A program made the translations under genes and the position numbers. Positions 35,201 to 45,013 of a DNA stretch of 64,000 bases are shown piece by piece. The DNA is from a virus (taxonomy: Duplodnaviria > Caudoviricetes), in the IMG/VR virus record IMGVR_UViG_3300042866_001263. One strand, 5' to 3'. Each line of letters begins with the position of its first letter. Positions within the stretch are counted from its first letter, which is position 1. The notes below the pieces were generated by a model that saw nothing but the letters and a program-made list of their open reading frames with translations, made no database searches and was not told where the DNA came from.

Positions 35201-38200
35201 ACCTTGGATACTTTGTTGATGCGATTTCACTTGACCTCTTCATTCGTGGTAACGAGTATTCATACAAATTTGCTGCTGAATATTTTACGAATGCTACAAC
35301 TCCAATCAGCAACGGTCTAGTTGGCGAAGTTACTGAGAGCATCTATGCATTCAATCAGGCAAAGACCCTGATGAAATCTGCTATCACCAACCAACTCACA
35401 GTTAAGGATCTTACAATCACTGCTGATCCTGCAACTGGTAGCAATACAAACGCAAACTCTTGTGCTAACGTTCGCTCTGCTATCGATACTTTATCTGGCA
35501 TCGTCACCACAATCATTAATGATGGTAACTTAAACTCGATGCCACAAACTATCAACAAGGGTTCTGCCCCTGCTGGTATGGCAAAGTGTGGTCGTGACGT
35601 TGGATACTTCATCGATGCAATCGCTGTTGACGTATTCACTGGTGGTAACAAGCACACAAGAACTTTCATTCAGCAATATTTTAACGGCAACACTCCTATT
35701 AGCAATGGTCTAGTTGGTGAAACTGCACAAAGCAACGCAGCATTCAATGAAGCTGCTGAGTTCATGCGTAGAGCAGTTACAAACCAACTCTACTACAAGG
35801 ATCTCACACTTACTGCTGATCCTGCTACTGGCAGCAATACAAACGTAAACTCTTGTGCTAACGTTCAATCAGCAATCACTACTCTTACTGCTATTGCAAC
35901 AACTGCAGTTACTGCTGGTAACCTAAACGCCCTTCCTGCAGAAAATGCTGGTACGTTCCTAACTGGAGAAGTTAAGTGCCGCAGAGATATCGGACATATC
36001 GTTGATGCAGTAGCACAAGACCTCTGGTTTGGTGGTAACGAATACACTATTGCTGCTACTAAGGAATACTTCACCAACGCAACAACCCTACTCACAAATG
36101 GTGTTGCTGGTGAGACTGGACCTTCTATCACAGCATTTAAGAGAGCTGCTGATCTAATGAACCGTGCTGTTAATAACCAGTACTACAATAGAGATCTTAC
36201 ACTCACACTTGATACCACAGAAGATCCAGCATTTGTTGCTGACATTCATGCTGATGCTTATAACCTTGTTCTTGATAACAAGCAGTTCATTGCTAAGGAA
36301 GCATACCTACGCATGAAGTCAGCATATCCTTCTTATGTTCCACAGACTGGAAACACTGAGCAAGATTGTCTTGATGACGTTTATGATGTTCTAGATGCAG
36401 TAATGTGGAACGTCAAGTTTGGTGGTAACTCCAAGACTTATGACGCAGCAAATGTCTATGTAACCAATACACTCAACGGACAACCAATTCAGACATTTAT
36501 TGATGCTGAGCGTGATGAAGCTGCTAAGGTCTTCACAGAAGTTAAAAAGGTTGCAATTCAAGTTCTAAGAAACGAAACTGTTTCTGTATCTGCTGGTAAT
36601 ACATTCACTCAGAAGAAAGATCTTACAATTGTCAATGATTGGGATGCTGATGAACTACTACCTAAGTGTGGATCTGCAGTTGGTGCTGTAGATACTCTAC
36701 TTGGTATCATCATTCAGGCAATTGGTAATGATGGTGGAGTTGGTAACCTAACTGGCATTACTAGAGTTGCTCCATCACAACCAACAACCTATGCTCTAGG
36801 TAACTGTTCTGATGTTCTATCAACGATTGATACTCTTATTGGTATAGTTTGTGACGCCCTGCAAGCTGGCAACCTCAACACTCTTCCATCTCTAAGCAAC
36901 GGTGAGTGGGATTGTGCCAACGTTCGCTCTACAATTGAAAACCTATTTGATATTGTTACTGATGCAGTTGGCACTGGATCTCTTGCAGGTCTACCACAAG
37001 TAAACGCTGGAGATTTCATTGCTAATGCTAAGCAATCTAAGTGCTATCGTGACGTATCCTACATCGTTGATGCTGTTGTTAATGACCTCAGACTTGGTGG
37101 TAACGTTAACTCCATCCAAGCTGGTGAAGCATACTATGTTGGCAACAACCTAACCTATATCGATGGGGAAAAGACTGAAACTATTGATGCTTGGAACTAC
37201 GTTGGCGATCTTGCGATTGCAGCGATGCGTAACTTTGACATGCTTGCCGTCAATTGTGTTACATCTACTGGTTCTGCTCTTGTCAATGTATCGGATACTC
37301 GTGGTATTGTAATTGGAATGAGAGTTGTTGAGTATGCAAATACTCCAACTCCTTATGTAAATGGACTTCTACAAGCTGGTGCTGTTCCAATATACACCAA
37401 CATTCCAAAGGATACATTCGTAAAGAGAATTGTAAGCAATACGACAATTGAACTTGGTGTTGCAAATTCCAGATTTACCACTGGTAATACTGTAAACGCT
37501 CTACAATCAAGCACAAGCACAAAACTATACTTCACCTATGAGAAGGGTGCTTGGGCAAATATTCTTCCACAGAGAGTAACTGTAGGACCAGAGAACATCA
37601 ATCCTGATGTCATCCAAGACACAACTGCATTCACTCCAAGTGCTCCAACTCAAAGAGAATGTGCAAGCACTGCTAATGCAATCATTACCTTAATTGGTAA
37701 CATTACAACGATCATTAATAGTGGTCTTGGAACTGTTGCACTACAAGAGCAAACAGTTAATACTGCTCTCTTTGCTTCTCGTGCTACTGTCTTTACAATT
37801 GATACAACTGGTTATGGTTCAACCAACGCACACAACTTTGAGACAGGAACTCCAGTAAGACTTGTTCCACGTCCACGTTTTGATATTACTACTGGTAAGT
37901 ATGTTGAAGTTGACAAGAGACTTGTAAGACTTCCAAAAGGTTTCGAACCAAATAGAACATATTATGTAATTGCTCCTGGCAGAAGAACACAACCAGCAGA
38001 TTATAGCACCACAACTTACTTCGATGGAAGTGATCAAACCAAGTTGATGCTTGCTACATCTAAGGAAAATGCAGCTGCTGGTATCTACATCTATGCTTCT
38101 GAGACTGAAAGTATTGATCAAAATGTAGAAATTGACCTCTACCAGTTTGTATTAGATGACAAGTATGATCTTCACAACTATAGATGTAATTTAACCAATA

Positions 38201-41200
38201 CAGTTAATGCTGGTATTGAGACAGATGTTTCACACATCTTTGATAGACCATCTGCTGCTACAACACCACAAAGAGTATTCTTTAGAGAAATTGAAGGTGG
38301 ACAACTTCCATTAGTTTCTCAGACATATCAGAGTGATCCAACTGTAGCAGTAACAAATCCTCAGAGTTCTGATGTTGGAAGAATTAATCCTCAAGTAGAA
38401 TTCTTTGCTCGTTATCAGAATGACAGAGTATTTACAATTCACAAAACTCATGCTGATGCAATTAATAATGTAAATCCAATTCAGTTCTTTGCTGGACAAG
38501 CTGGTATCAGATTTGATGTCTATGCTAACAAGCGTAGATCTCCTATGAGATTTGACCCATCATTTACTGATGCTAAGTCAAGCACTGGTAAGTGGTATAT
38601 CCAGTGTAAGGATGTTGTTACTGGTGGAACTCCTAACGATATTGCTAAGAATATCTTTACCAGAATTAACGAAGATGATTACTCTGATAGACCAAGAACC
38701 ACAGATATGTGGTATGAGCGTCTTGATGACACTAGAGGTGCTAATGATAGAACCTATAAAGTTCGTTACGTCATTCCTAAGTATCTTGAGAATGCAAGAG
38801 ATCCTATCAATGGATTTGTTCTCAAGACAAGAACTGACGACACCCGTAAGTTAGTTCCGCAGAAAATTCTATTGAAACCAGTTTCTGGTTCTGTATACGG
38901 TGCTAGGTTTGAAAACCCAGTTCAAGCTGGTGAGTATATTGGATATACAGCAGAACAGTTTGAAACTAATGATCTGAATACTGAAGCTGCTTATGATCCA
39001 TTTAAGAAAGATCTAACAAATCAGGGTATTGATTACCGTGCATTTGCTAAGTTCAGTTCTGGAATTCAAGCAACAATTCAGAGTGGTCGTTATGTATCAG
39101 ATGTTCTAGATCCAAATATCAAGTATCTTGAACTTACTGTATACGATCACACTGTAGATTCTCTAAACTTCCCTGGATTAAGAAACGAAATCTTTACCAC
39201 TGTGAAGATTACTGCTCCTCAGGGTGGCGACTTCGTAACAAATAAGACACAAAGTATTCTTGCTAATAAAGTATTCTTCACTGGTGCTTCATCTGGATTT
39301 GCCTTTATTCATGCTTACTATAGCGTTGGTGGTGATCATTACTTGATCATCAAGGGCATTGGTGGAGGAAAACTAGAATATAGTGAGTATGCGGACGTAA
39401 GATTTACTCAGGGTTCTGTCTTCGCTGATATGCTAGAAGATCAGGACATGGGTAAATCCCTACCACTTAAGACCCTTATTCGTAAGGGATATCCTGAATA
39501 CTACTGGAGACAGAATGGATCTAATGTTTATACCATTACTCCTGGTGATAAGATCCAAGATGATGCTGGTATTGAATACTATGTTGCTGGCGTAGAAGAT
39601 GCAGGTATCATCGAAGATACATTCTATATCTTTGCTACTGAAACTCTACAGCGTCGTATTGCTGGTCAGCAAGATGGTATCTACTACCTAACCTGCTTAC
39701 GTGGTAACATTTCACCATTCCCAACTGGTGCTGGCGTAACTAACAACTTCAAGAACTTTAAGTTCTCGCAGCCAGTTAGCAGACTATATCCTCTAAACTA
39801 CAGAAACGATCCTCTCTGGTTCCAGAAGAACGGAACAACTAACGAAGAGAAGGATTACTATGCTGCTCTTATCGATCCACCAGCAACATCATCTGCTGCT
39901 GATAACTATACTCATGGTTTAGTTACAGTTAACGATTATAAGAACTCTGTAACTAGAGAAACAATTGGTGACCTTATTCAGCAGTCTGCATTTGCTGGTA
40001 ACACATATAGTGGAACAGTTGTAAAATACGGCAAGACCTTAAATGCTTCTATTCAAGCACAAGAAGGTAATGCAACTTCTGGATCTGAAGATCGTATCAT
40101 TCCAATCTCTGGTAGCAGCACAGTAGTCTCTGATCAGAGATACTATGTTGAACTCCGTAGACCATCTATTGCTCGTGCTGGTAACCATACGTTTGAATAC
40201 CTAGGTTTCGGTCCTGGTAACTACTCCACTGGTCTCCCAGCTCGTCAGGAAGTCGTCTTAACTCCAGATCAGGACTTCTATGCCCAAGCTAAGAAACAGG
40301 ACGCTGGTATCGTCTTCTACACGGGTATTAACTCTCAGGGTGATCTCTACATTGGTAACAGAAGAATTAATGCTATCACTGGTGAAGAGACATTTATTGA
40401 TAAAGCAAGTCTAACCGATGATGGTGATGAGAATGACGTAATTGGAGGTCTCGTCACTACATTTGACACTCCTGTAACATTTAATGAGAACTTCACTGTT
40501 GTTGGTGGAGATGGAACACTTGTAACTAATTTTGAATCACCTGTTGTTATCTCTGTACAGGATAATGATTTGATCCAAGAGCGTGATGCATTAATCATTC
40601 GTTCTAATGTTTCTCCTGTTGATCCTGTTCCTCCTCAACCACAGCAAGATGCAGGACTTGATAGAACTTCATTCAGACCAGTTAGCAAGGGCGACATTAA
40701 ACTTGGTAAGAATAGAATTCAATCTGCGATATTTGCATTCAATTCCAGAGGAAATGGTCAGGAATATCTAATCCAAACTCATAGTGTTCTTGGTGTTGCT
40801 TCTAATATCACACCAAATCAATCACCTCTAATATCTGCTGGTGGAACAAGAGTTAATGCTGCTCAATTTGTGACTTACGGTGGTGTATTACCAACAACTG
40901 GTGATATACTATTGAAGGGATCTGAAGTTGGTAAGTCTGGATCTCTTGGATGGATCTTTGCAAACTACTATCAAGTAATTGCAAATAATTCTGTTGATAA
41001 TGTTATTTTTGATGGCAGTAATGTAGTTAAAGTTACGTTCAGATCTTCTGTAACTGGTTTAACTATTCCATGTCAAGATATTGGTATTACTTCTGCTTCT
41101 CAGATCAGATTTAAGAATTATCCAGATGCAAATCTAAATCTAACTTGGGTTATCTACTCTCCAAATGGAGATGCTTTCTCTCCATCAAAACCATATGTTT

Positions 41201-44200
41201 ACTTCCAGATTCTTGCTCAGAGACCAGCTCTTGTGCAGTCTTGGGCGGGTTTAATTGCTCAGGCAACTAGTGCTGGAACACCTCTTCCAATAATTGAGTT
41301 CTCTAACGCTAATTGGAAAGAAGTTGGTGTTATTGGTGCTGAAGCTATCAGAACAGAAACTGAGACAATTGGTAATTACAAGTTAGGTATTAACACAGTT
41401 GCTCGTTCTCCACATAGCGCACATACAAATGCATTTGTTGATGCTGCTACAACAGATCCTCGTGCAAACCTTGATGTCGTTGGTAATTCCTACATCAGCG
41501 GTAAGAAGACTACAAATTATCTACAGCATACTAATTTTGCTGACCGTGATAAGAATGCTATTGCTGATGCATTCGTAGTTGGTGGTGATAGTCTATCTCC
41601 AACTGATTATAGCACCTTAAGAGTTGATACAAGAACCGTTGCAATTACTGAAGCATCAAGAGGTAATAATCTAGGTAGAATTGGTATTAATACCGATGAA
41701 ACTGTAGCAGATAAACAACTCAATAGAGCACTTGTTGTTGTTGGTGATTCAAGATTTACCGAAGACGCTAGATTTGAGCGTGATGTTGAGATCTATACTG
41801 ATAGTGGAACTGATACTGCTGAAGTCAGAACTGGTATTACAACTGGATCGTTTAACTTCTTAAATGGTTCTACTTCAACTCAATTTACTGGTCAACTATC
41901 GGTCACTGGTGGAGTTCTTAGCAAGGCAAATTCTAAGGGTCTCAGATTTGCTAATAATGTTTCGTATATCGAAATTGGTGATGCATATACAGATGACCAG
42001 TTTATCTTTATTGGCAACAACACAGATCATTCGAATATCTTCCTTGGAGATATTACAGATTCTGCTGGTGCTATTTCTAAAGTTCAAATTGGTGGAGCAT
42101 ACGGTAACAACTCTTCTAACTCATATACAACCTTTGGAACAAGAAGAGTTAACTTTGCTGGAGATGTAGTATTTGGTGCTAACAAACTTCAGGGTGGTAA
42201 TAGACTCAATCCAGAGATGGTTGTTTCTGTTGGAACTGAAGCTGGTATTGTTCAATTCTTTACTGGCAACACTCAAACTCTTGATTTTGCAACTAATGCA
42301 TCTGAGATCAATATTGGTGGTCAGGGTGGACAAACTAAAGTTAGAAATAACCTAGTTGTAGATGCCGCCGCCCGCTTCAATTCAAATGTAACTCTTTGTG
42401 GAGGTTTTGCTTCCTTCTCCTTCGTTGGAAATAGAGCACAACTAGGATCTACATCGTTCAGTCATTCTTCTGGAATTCTTGGACAAAATACATATAACTC
42501 TAATATCGACATCATTAATGTATTTGTTGTTGGCGTTGTTAATCAGAATGCACCAACTCCAGCAGAACTAACTGCTGGTTTCAACAGAATTGATACTGCT
42601 GGTGCTGGAGTGTGGGGTGGAAATTCTGGTGTTTCTAACTTCCAAGCAGCAATTCCTGGAGCTGGACCTGAAGGTGCTACATTACCAGCACTAACTGGAT
42701 CAGAATACTACATTCCTATGAAGTATAAGCCAACCCCATACTTCAAGGCTGGCGATTACATGGTTATCGATACTCCAATTACTGGTTCTACACATCCAGA
42801 AATTGTTAGAATTACTGAAGATGGACTACAGGGCGCAGAAGAAGCACCATACTATCTCAAGGTTCGTCGTCAACCACTTGGTACATTTACTGCTATCAAG
42901 ACAAATCACCCAGATACAACAAACGTTTGGAAAGTAAACGTTGCATTTGATGCAACTTGGATTACTCAGGGTATTGATGCATCTGGAACACAGGAGAATG
43001 TGTATCTGGCGGAATTTGGTGGACAGCTAACGACAAATGATTATGTAATTATTGATAGAAATGATAGCAATAATGATGGTGTAGCAGATCAGGGCGAAGT
43101 ATTTAAGATTGCTTCTCTCTTGGCTCAGGTCGCTAAGAAGTTCAGCATCAAGAATGGTTGTGATACACAAGCAGAAGAAACTGTATTTGAAGTCGATAGT
43201 GTTACTGGTAGTGTTTCTCTTGGTGATCCTGGTAATATCAATACATCAACATTCATCTATGGAAATCTTACTTTAACTGGTCAATGTGGTGGTGCTGGAA
43301 CAGCAGACAACACTAAACTAACATTAAAGAATGAATTGTACACGACAGCACAAATTGATGTTTGCACAGGAGATACTGTTTTAGGAAGCACTTATGCTAC
43401 CGTATTTGCAATTGGATCTCTTGCGGGAACAACCGCTGCTGCCCATAGCACAACAACACCAGTTTATGTTTATCGTAGAGATCCATTTACTATTCAGGTT
43501 GGTGGTCCACTTACAACAACTTATGCTAACCAAGCAACTGGTGCAATTCTAGCATCAACATCAAATATTCCTGTTGTAAGTATCAGCGGATTCTCCAAGG
43601 GAGATCTGGTTGCAATTGTTGATGGAACCACATTAACAACAACTAAGATGGAAATTATCAGAATTACTGATAATCCATTTATATCAAGTACTGGAGATAC
43701 TGCAGGAATTCATTTCCTACCAACTTCTTCAAATGGTACATATCCATCTGGTGGTAGAGCACAGGAAACGACAACAGCACAAGCATGGCAACCTGGAGCA
43801 GTAGTTGTTAAAATCCAAAAAGATTTCAGAACAACAACTCTTTCCGAAGCAATTCCTGCTACTGGTAGAGTATCTGTTGAATCTCCAAATACTAATCCAA
43901 ATAAGATTAGAATCAAGTTAGTAAACGGAGACCTCATTCCAGAGAAACTAGATTATGAGCATATCATCAGAATTGATAATGAATTCTTCTATCCAGACAG
44001 CATTAATGGCGCAAATGACCCAATATTTGGTGTAAGACTTCCTAAGTCTGTCAGATTGGATGGAGAGAACAATTTTGATAGATTCTTCGGTGGTGGAAAT
44101 CTAACAACTCATGGTGATCTAAACATTACTAGTGGTAATTTGAGAATGTTTGGTGGCGATGGAACTACCATCGTATTCAACGTTGCTAATGATGATGGAC

Positions 44201-45003
44201 ACTCTGGAGATGGAGCAATTATTGACGAATATACTGGCAAGACTGGTATGTATCTCAACGGATTTGCTAATATCTTTGGTGATCTGTTGGTTTATAACCA
44301 ACAATGTCAAGAAAATGGATCATGTAATAATGATCTAAACTTCAGAGTCAGAAGACTTGATGGTTCTGTTGAGATGGGATCTAGTCTATATGTCAAGGGC
44401 GAGGTAAGAGATACTGCATCTCCATCAACCAAGATTTTACATATTGATAATCTTGGATCCGCTGGTAGTGCAGCATCTGGTCCAAAAGACTTCATCATGT
44501 ATCAAGATGGATCCGTTGATGCATTTGGTATTACTCAATACTTTACTGCTAATGGTGGTAGAAGATGGACCTATGTTTCTCAATCACCAACTGGTATTGG
44601 ACAAACAGTAGGAAATGCACTACAACCAAATAATAACTACTTGTTGAATCTATCAACTGGTGGTAACATGGTTCTTTACTTACCATCTAACGCTGTAACT
44701 GGAGATATTATTAGATTCGTTGAATTGACTGGTAATCTTAGCTACAATACAAATCTTGTAATCAGAGCTCTATCACCAACTACAGACCCAGTTGCAATTC
44801 AAGGTGACACAGTTGGATCGAGATTGGTTTCTGGTACTGGAACAACATTACTTTCAGCGCCTTATAACGGTGGTGAACTAATTGTTCAAACAAGAAACGC
44901 AGCATTCGGTCTTCTATATGTTGGTAATACTGATGCTCCAAATGATCCAAATGCTACAGAAATTCCTTCCAATCTTCGTGGTTGGTGGTTAGTCGAACTA
45001 TAA
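32257..45003 (+). CDS. giant virion structural/tail-fibre-associated protein (4248 aa)
   Basis: MPLTRLDNLISS...N-terminus typical of cyanomyovirus giant structural proteins; late promoter; internal repeats; C-terminal GWWLVEL. Confidence 0.85.
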   Translation: MPLTRLDNLISSKTGKYLYVSPDDFNATDALSNRGNSPITPFKSIQRAFLEIARYSYLPGKDNDRFDQFSIMLMPGIHYIDNRPGLVDTNGIDTFGFDQALNAWTDNSILDISNPDNVLYKFNNTEGGAIIPRGSSLVGYDLRRTTIRPLYVPDPASVIVPRSAIFNVTGGCYFWQFTIKDGQTTSESPLYNPSEGTGEVYYDPTDFTRKTAPNFSHHKLTVFEYADAEELSLFYRKIGKAFSAYQPTIDDPGEFGFNIQENRIVGPLSDSRVIESLKFVDSTTDPSIPASTTEVQVTTKVDHGYFSGQFVSVSNTQIDDVLEGFFPIKEIDANDPRKFIYEVPVVVGAIGTNIVSGQTISVDTTPALGQNAQTLAEVDSVESASPYVFNVSIRSTWGICGIWANGLKATGFRSMVIAQYTGVSLQKDDRAFIRYDEYSNTWNQASLADAFATVPYHAKGDSYWKDEWRNFHVRASEDAFIQNVSIFAVGFADHFLMESGGDMSITNSNSNFGNTSLHAIGFKGFSFNQDKAGYITDIIPPKKSLESTATTKKVAYYTVDIQGTIQNSNNYTKLFLGSDDIITPTERPAATIDGFRIGAKTGDKLYVKLGSLTPGGNEVFEVELQPTGFLKYIAKGSILNPSGFAINNITADAANLIESNRTMIQEEVFGYILEKYPALQNIPYVNPGLNPAAGRYFDARNLILANRQEIVDTAFNQMVETFGIGNIQGVADGKCKRDIGFIVDAIAEDLRDGGNLNTIEAAKFYFNGDGSPLQNGLVGEENYAVFAFNRARDLCKKAIANLLTVKANIHDPDTNSVFNKPGNPYGYLFGSYGSDGGLNSAGVTVDDSNKQDPAGRYKDARNRILANREFILDAALAEVAVYHPDFYIPGDTQSNVQSRFADSYRLIRRNSKEITDRALAKIAVDYPDFYFPGDAQTTADSRFYDSYRLIQQNKTEIINTAWTNMVTLYPGVASTETKCKRDLGYFVDAISLDLFIRGNEYSYKFAAEYFTNATTPISNGLVGEVTESIYAFNQAKTLMKSAITNQLTVKDLTITADPATGSNTNANSCANVRSAIDTLSGIVTTIINDGNLNSMPQTINKGSAPAGMAKCGRDVGYFIDAIAVDVFTGGNKHTRTFIQQYFNGNTPISNGLVGETAQSNAAFNEAAEFMRRAVTNQLYYKDLTLTADPATGSNTNVNSCANVQSAITTLTAIATTAVTAGNLNALPAENAGTFLTGEVKCRRDIGHIVDAVAQDLWFGGNEYTIAATKEYFTNATTLLTNGVAGETGPSITAFKRAADLMNRAVNNQYYNRDLTLTLDTTEDPAFVADIHADAYNLVLDNKQFIAKEAYLRMKSAYPSYVPQTGNTEQDCLDDVYDVLDAVMWNVKFGGNSKTYDAANVYVTNTLNGQPIQTFIDAERDEAAKVFTEVKKVAIQVLRNETVSVSAGNTFTQKKDLTIVNDWDADELLPKCGSAVGAVDTLLGIIIQAIGNDGGVGNLTGITRVAPSQPTTYALGNCSDVLSTIDTLIGIVCDALQAGNLNTLPSLSNGEWDCANVRSTIENLFDIVTDAVGTGSLAGLPQVNAGDFIANAKQSKCYRDVSYIVDAVVNDLRLGGNVNSIQAGEAYYVGNNLTYIDGEKTETIDAWNYVGDLAIAAMRNFDMLAVNCVTSTGSALVNVSDTRGIVIGMRVVEYANTPTPYVNGLLQAGAVPIYTNIPKDTFVKRIVSNTTIELGVANSRFTTGNTVNALQSSTSTKLYFTYEKGAWANILPQRVTVGPENINPDVIQDTTAFTPSAPTQRECASTANAIITLIGNITTIINSGLGTVALQEQTVNTALFASRATVFTIDTTGYGSTNAHNFETGTPVRLVPRPRFDITTGKYVEVDKRLVRLPKGFEPNRTYYVIAPGRRTQPADYSTTTYFDGSDQTKLMLATSKENAAAGIYIYASETESIDQNVEIDLYQFVLDDKYDLHNYRCNLTNTVNAGIETDVSHIFDRPSAATTPQRVFFREIEGGQLPLVSQTYQSDPTVAVTNPQSSDVGRINPQVEFFARYQNDRVFTIHKTHADAINNVNPIQFFAGQAGIRFDVYANKRRSPMRFDPSFTDAKSSTGKWYIQCKDVVTGGTPNDIAKNIFTRINEDDYSDRPRTTDMWYERLDDTRGANDRTYKVRYVIPKYLENARDPINGFVLKTRTDDTRKLVPQKILLKPVSGSVYGARFENPVQAGEYIGYTAEQFETNDLNTEAAYDPFKKDLTNQGIDYRAFAKFSSGIQATIQSGRYVSDVLDPNIKYLELTVYDHTVDSLNFPGLRNEIFTTVKITAPQGGDFVTNKTQSILANKVFFTGASSGFAFIHAYYSVGGDHYLIIKGIGGGKLEYSEYADVRFTQGSVFADMLEDQDMGKSLPLKTLIRKGYPEYYWRQNGSNVYTITPGDKIQDDAGIEYYVAGVEDAGIIEDTFYIFATETLQRRIAGQQDGIYYLTCLRGNISPFPTGAGVTNNFKNFKFSQPVSRLYPLNYRNDPLWFQKNGTTNEEKDYYAALIDPPATSSAADNYTHGLVTVNDYKNSVTRETIGDLIQQSAFAGNTYSGTVVKYGKTLNASIQAQEGNATSGSEDRIIPISGSSTVVSDQRYYVELRRPSIARAGNHTFEYLGFGPGNYSTGLPARQEVVLTPDQDFYAQAKKQDAGIVFYTGINSQGDLYIGNRRINAITGEETFIDKASLTDDGDENDVIGGLVTTFDTPVTFNENFTVVGGDGTLVTNFESPVVISVQDNDLIQERDALIIRSNVSPVDPVPPQPQQDAGLDRTSFRPVSKGDIKLGKNRIQSAIFAFNSRGNGQEYLIQTHSVLGVASNITPNQSPLISAGGTRVNAAQFVTYGGVLPTTGDILLKGSEVGKSGSLGWIFANYYQVIANNSVDNVIFDGSNVVKVTFRSSVTGLTIPCQDIGITSASQIRFKNYPDANLNLTWVIYSPNGDAFSPSKPYVYFQILAQRPALVQSWAGLIAQATSAGTPLPIIEFSNANWKEVGVIGAEAIRTETETIGNYKLGINTVARSPHSAHTNAFVDAATTDPRANLDVVGNSYISGKKTTNYLQHTNFADRDKNAIADAFVVGGDSLSPTDYSTLRVDTRTVAITEASRGNNLGRIGINTDETVADKQLNRALVVVGDSRFTEDARFERDVEIYTDSGTDTAEVRTGITTGSFNFLNGSTSTQFTGQLSVTGGVLSKANSKGLRFANNVSYIEIGDAYTDDQFIFIGNNTDHSNIFLGDITDSAGAISKVQIGGAYGNNSSNSYTTFGTRRVNFAGDVVFGANKLQGGNRLNPEMVVSVGTEAGIVQFFTGNTQTLDFATNASEINIGGQGGQTKVRNNLVVDAAARFNSNVTLCGGFASFSFVGNRAQLGSTSFSHSSGILGQNTYNSNIDIINVFVVGVVNQNAPTPAELTAGFNRIDTAGAGVWGGNSGVSNFQAAIPGAGPEGATLPALTGSEYYIPMKYKPTPYFKAGDYMVIDTPITGSTHPEIVRITEDGLQGAEEAPYYLKVRRQPLGTFTAIKTNHPDTTNVWKVNVAFDATWITQGIDASGTQENVYLAEFGGQLTTNDYVIIDRNDSNNDGVADQGEVFKIASLLAQVAKKFSIKNGCDTQAEETVFEVDSVTGSVSLGDPGNINTSTFIYGNLTLTGQCGGAGTADNTKLTLKNELYTTAQIDVCTGDTVLGSTYATVFAIGSLAGTTAAAHSTTTPVYVYRRDPFTIQVGGPLTTTYANQATGAILASTSNIPVVSISGFSKGDLVAIVDGTTLTTTKMEIIRITDNPFISSTGDTAGIHFLPTSSNGTYPSGGRAQETTTAQAWQPGAVVVKIQKDFRTTTLSEAIPATGRVSVESPNTNPNKIRIKLVNGDLIPEKLDYEHIIRIDNEFFYPDSINGANDPIFGVRLPKSVRLDGENNFDRFFGGGNLTTHGDLNITSGNLRMFGGDGTTIVFNVANDDGHSGDGAIIDEYTGKTGMYLNGFANIFGDLLVYNQQCQENGSCNNDLNFRVRRLDGSVEMGSSLYVKGEVRDTASPSTKILHIDNLGSAGSAASGPKDFIMYQDGSVDAFGITQYFTANGGRRWTYVSQSPTGIGQTVGNALQPNNNYLLNLSTGGNMVLYLPSNAVTGDIIRFVELTGNLSYNTNLVIRALSPTTDPVAIQGDTVGSRLVSGTGTTLLSAPYNGGELIVQTRNAAFGLLYVGNTDAPNDPNATEIPSNLRGWWLVEL

Positions 45004-45013
45004 TTTAAATCCT

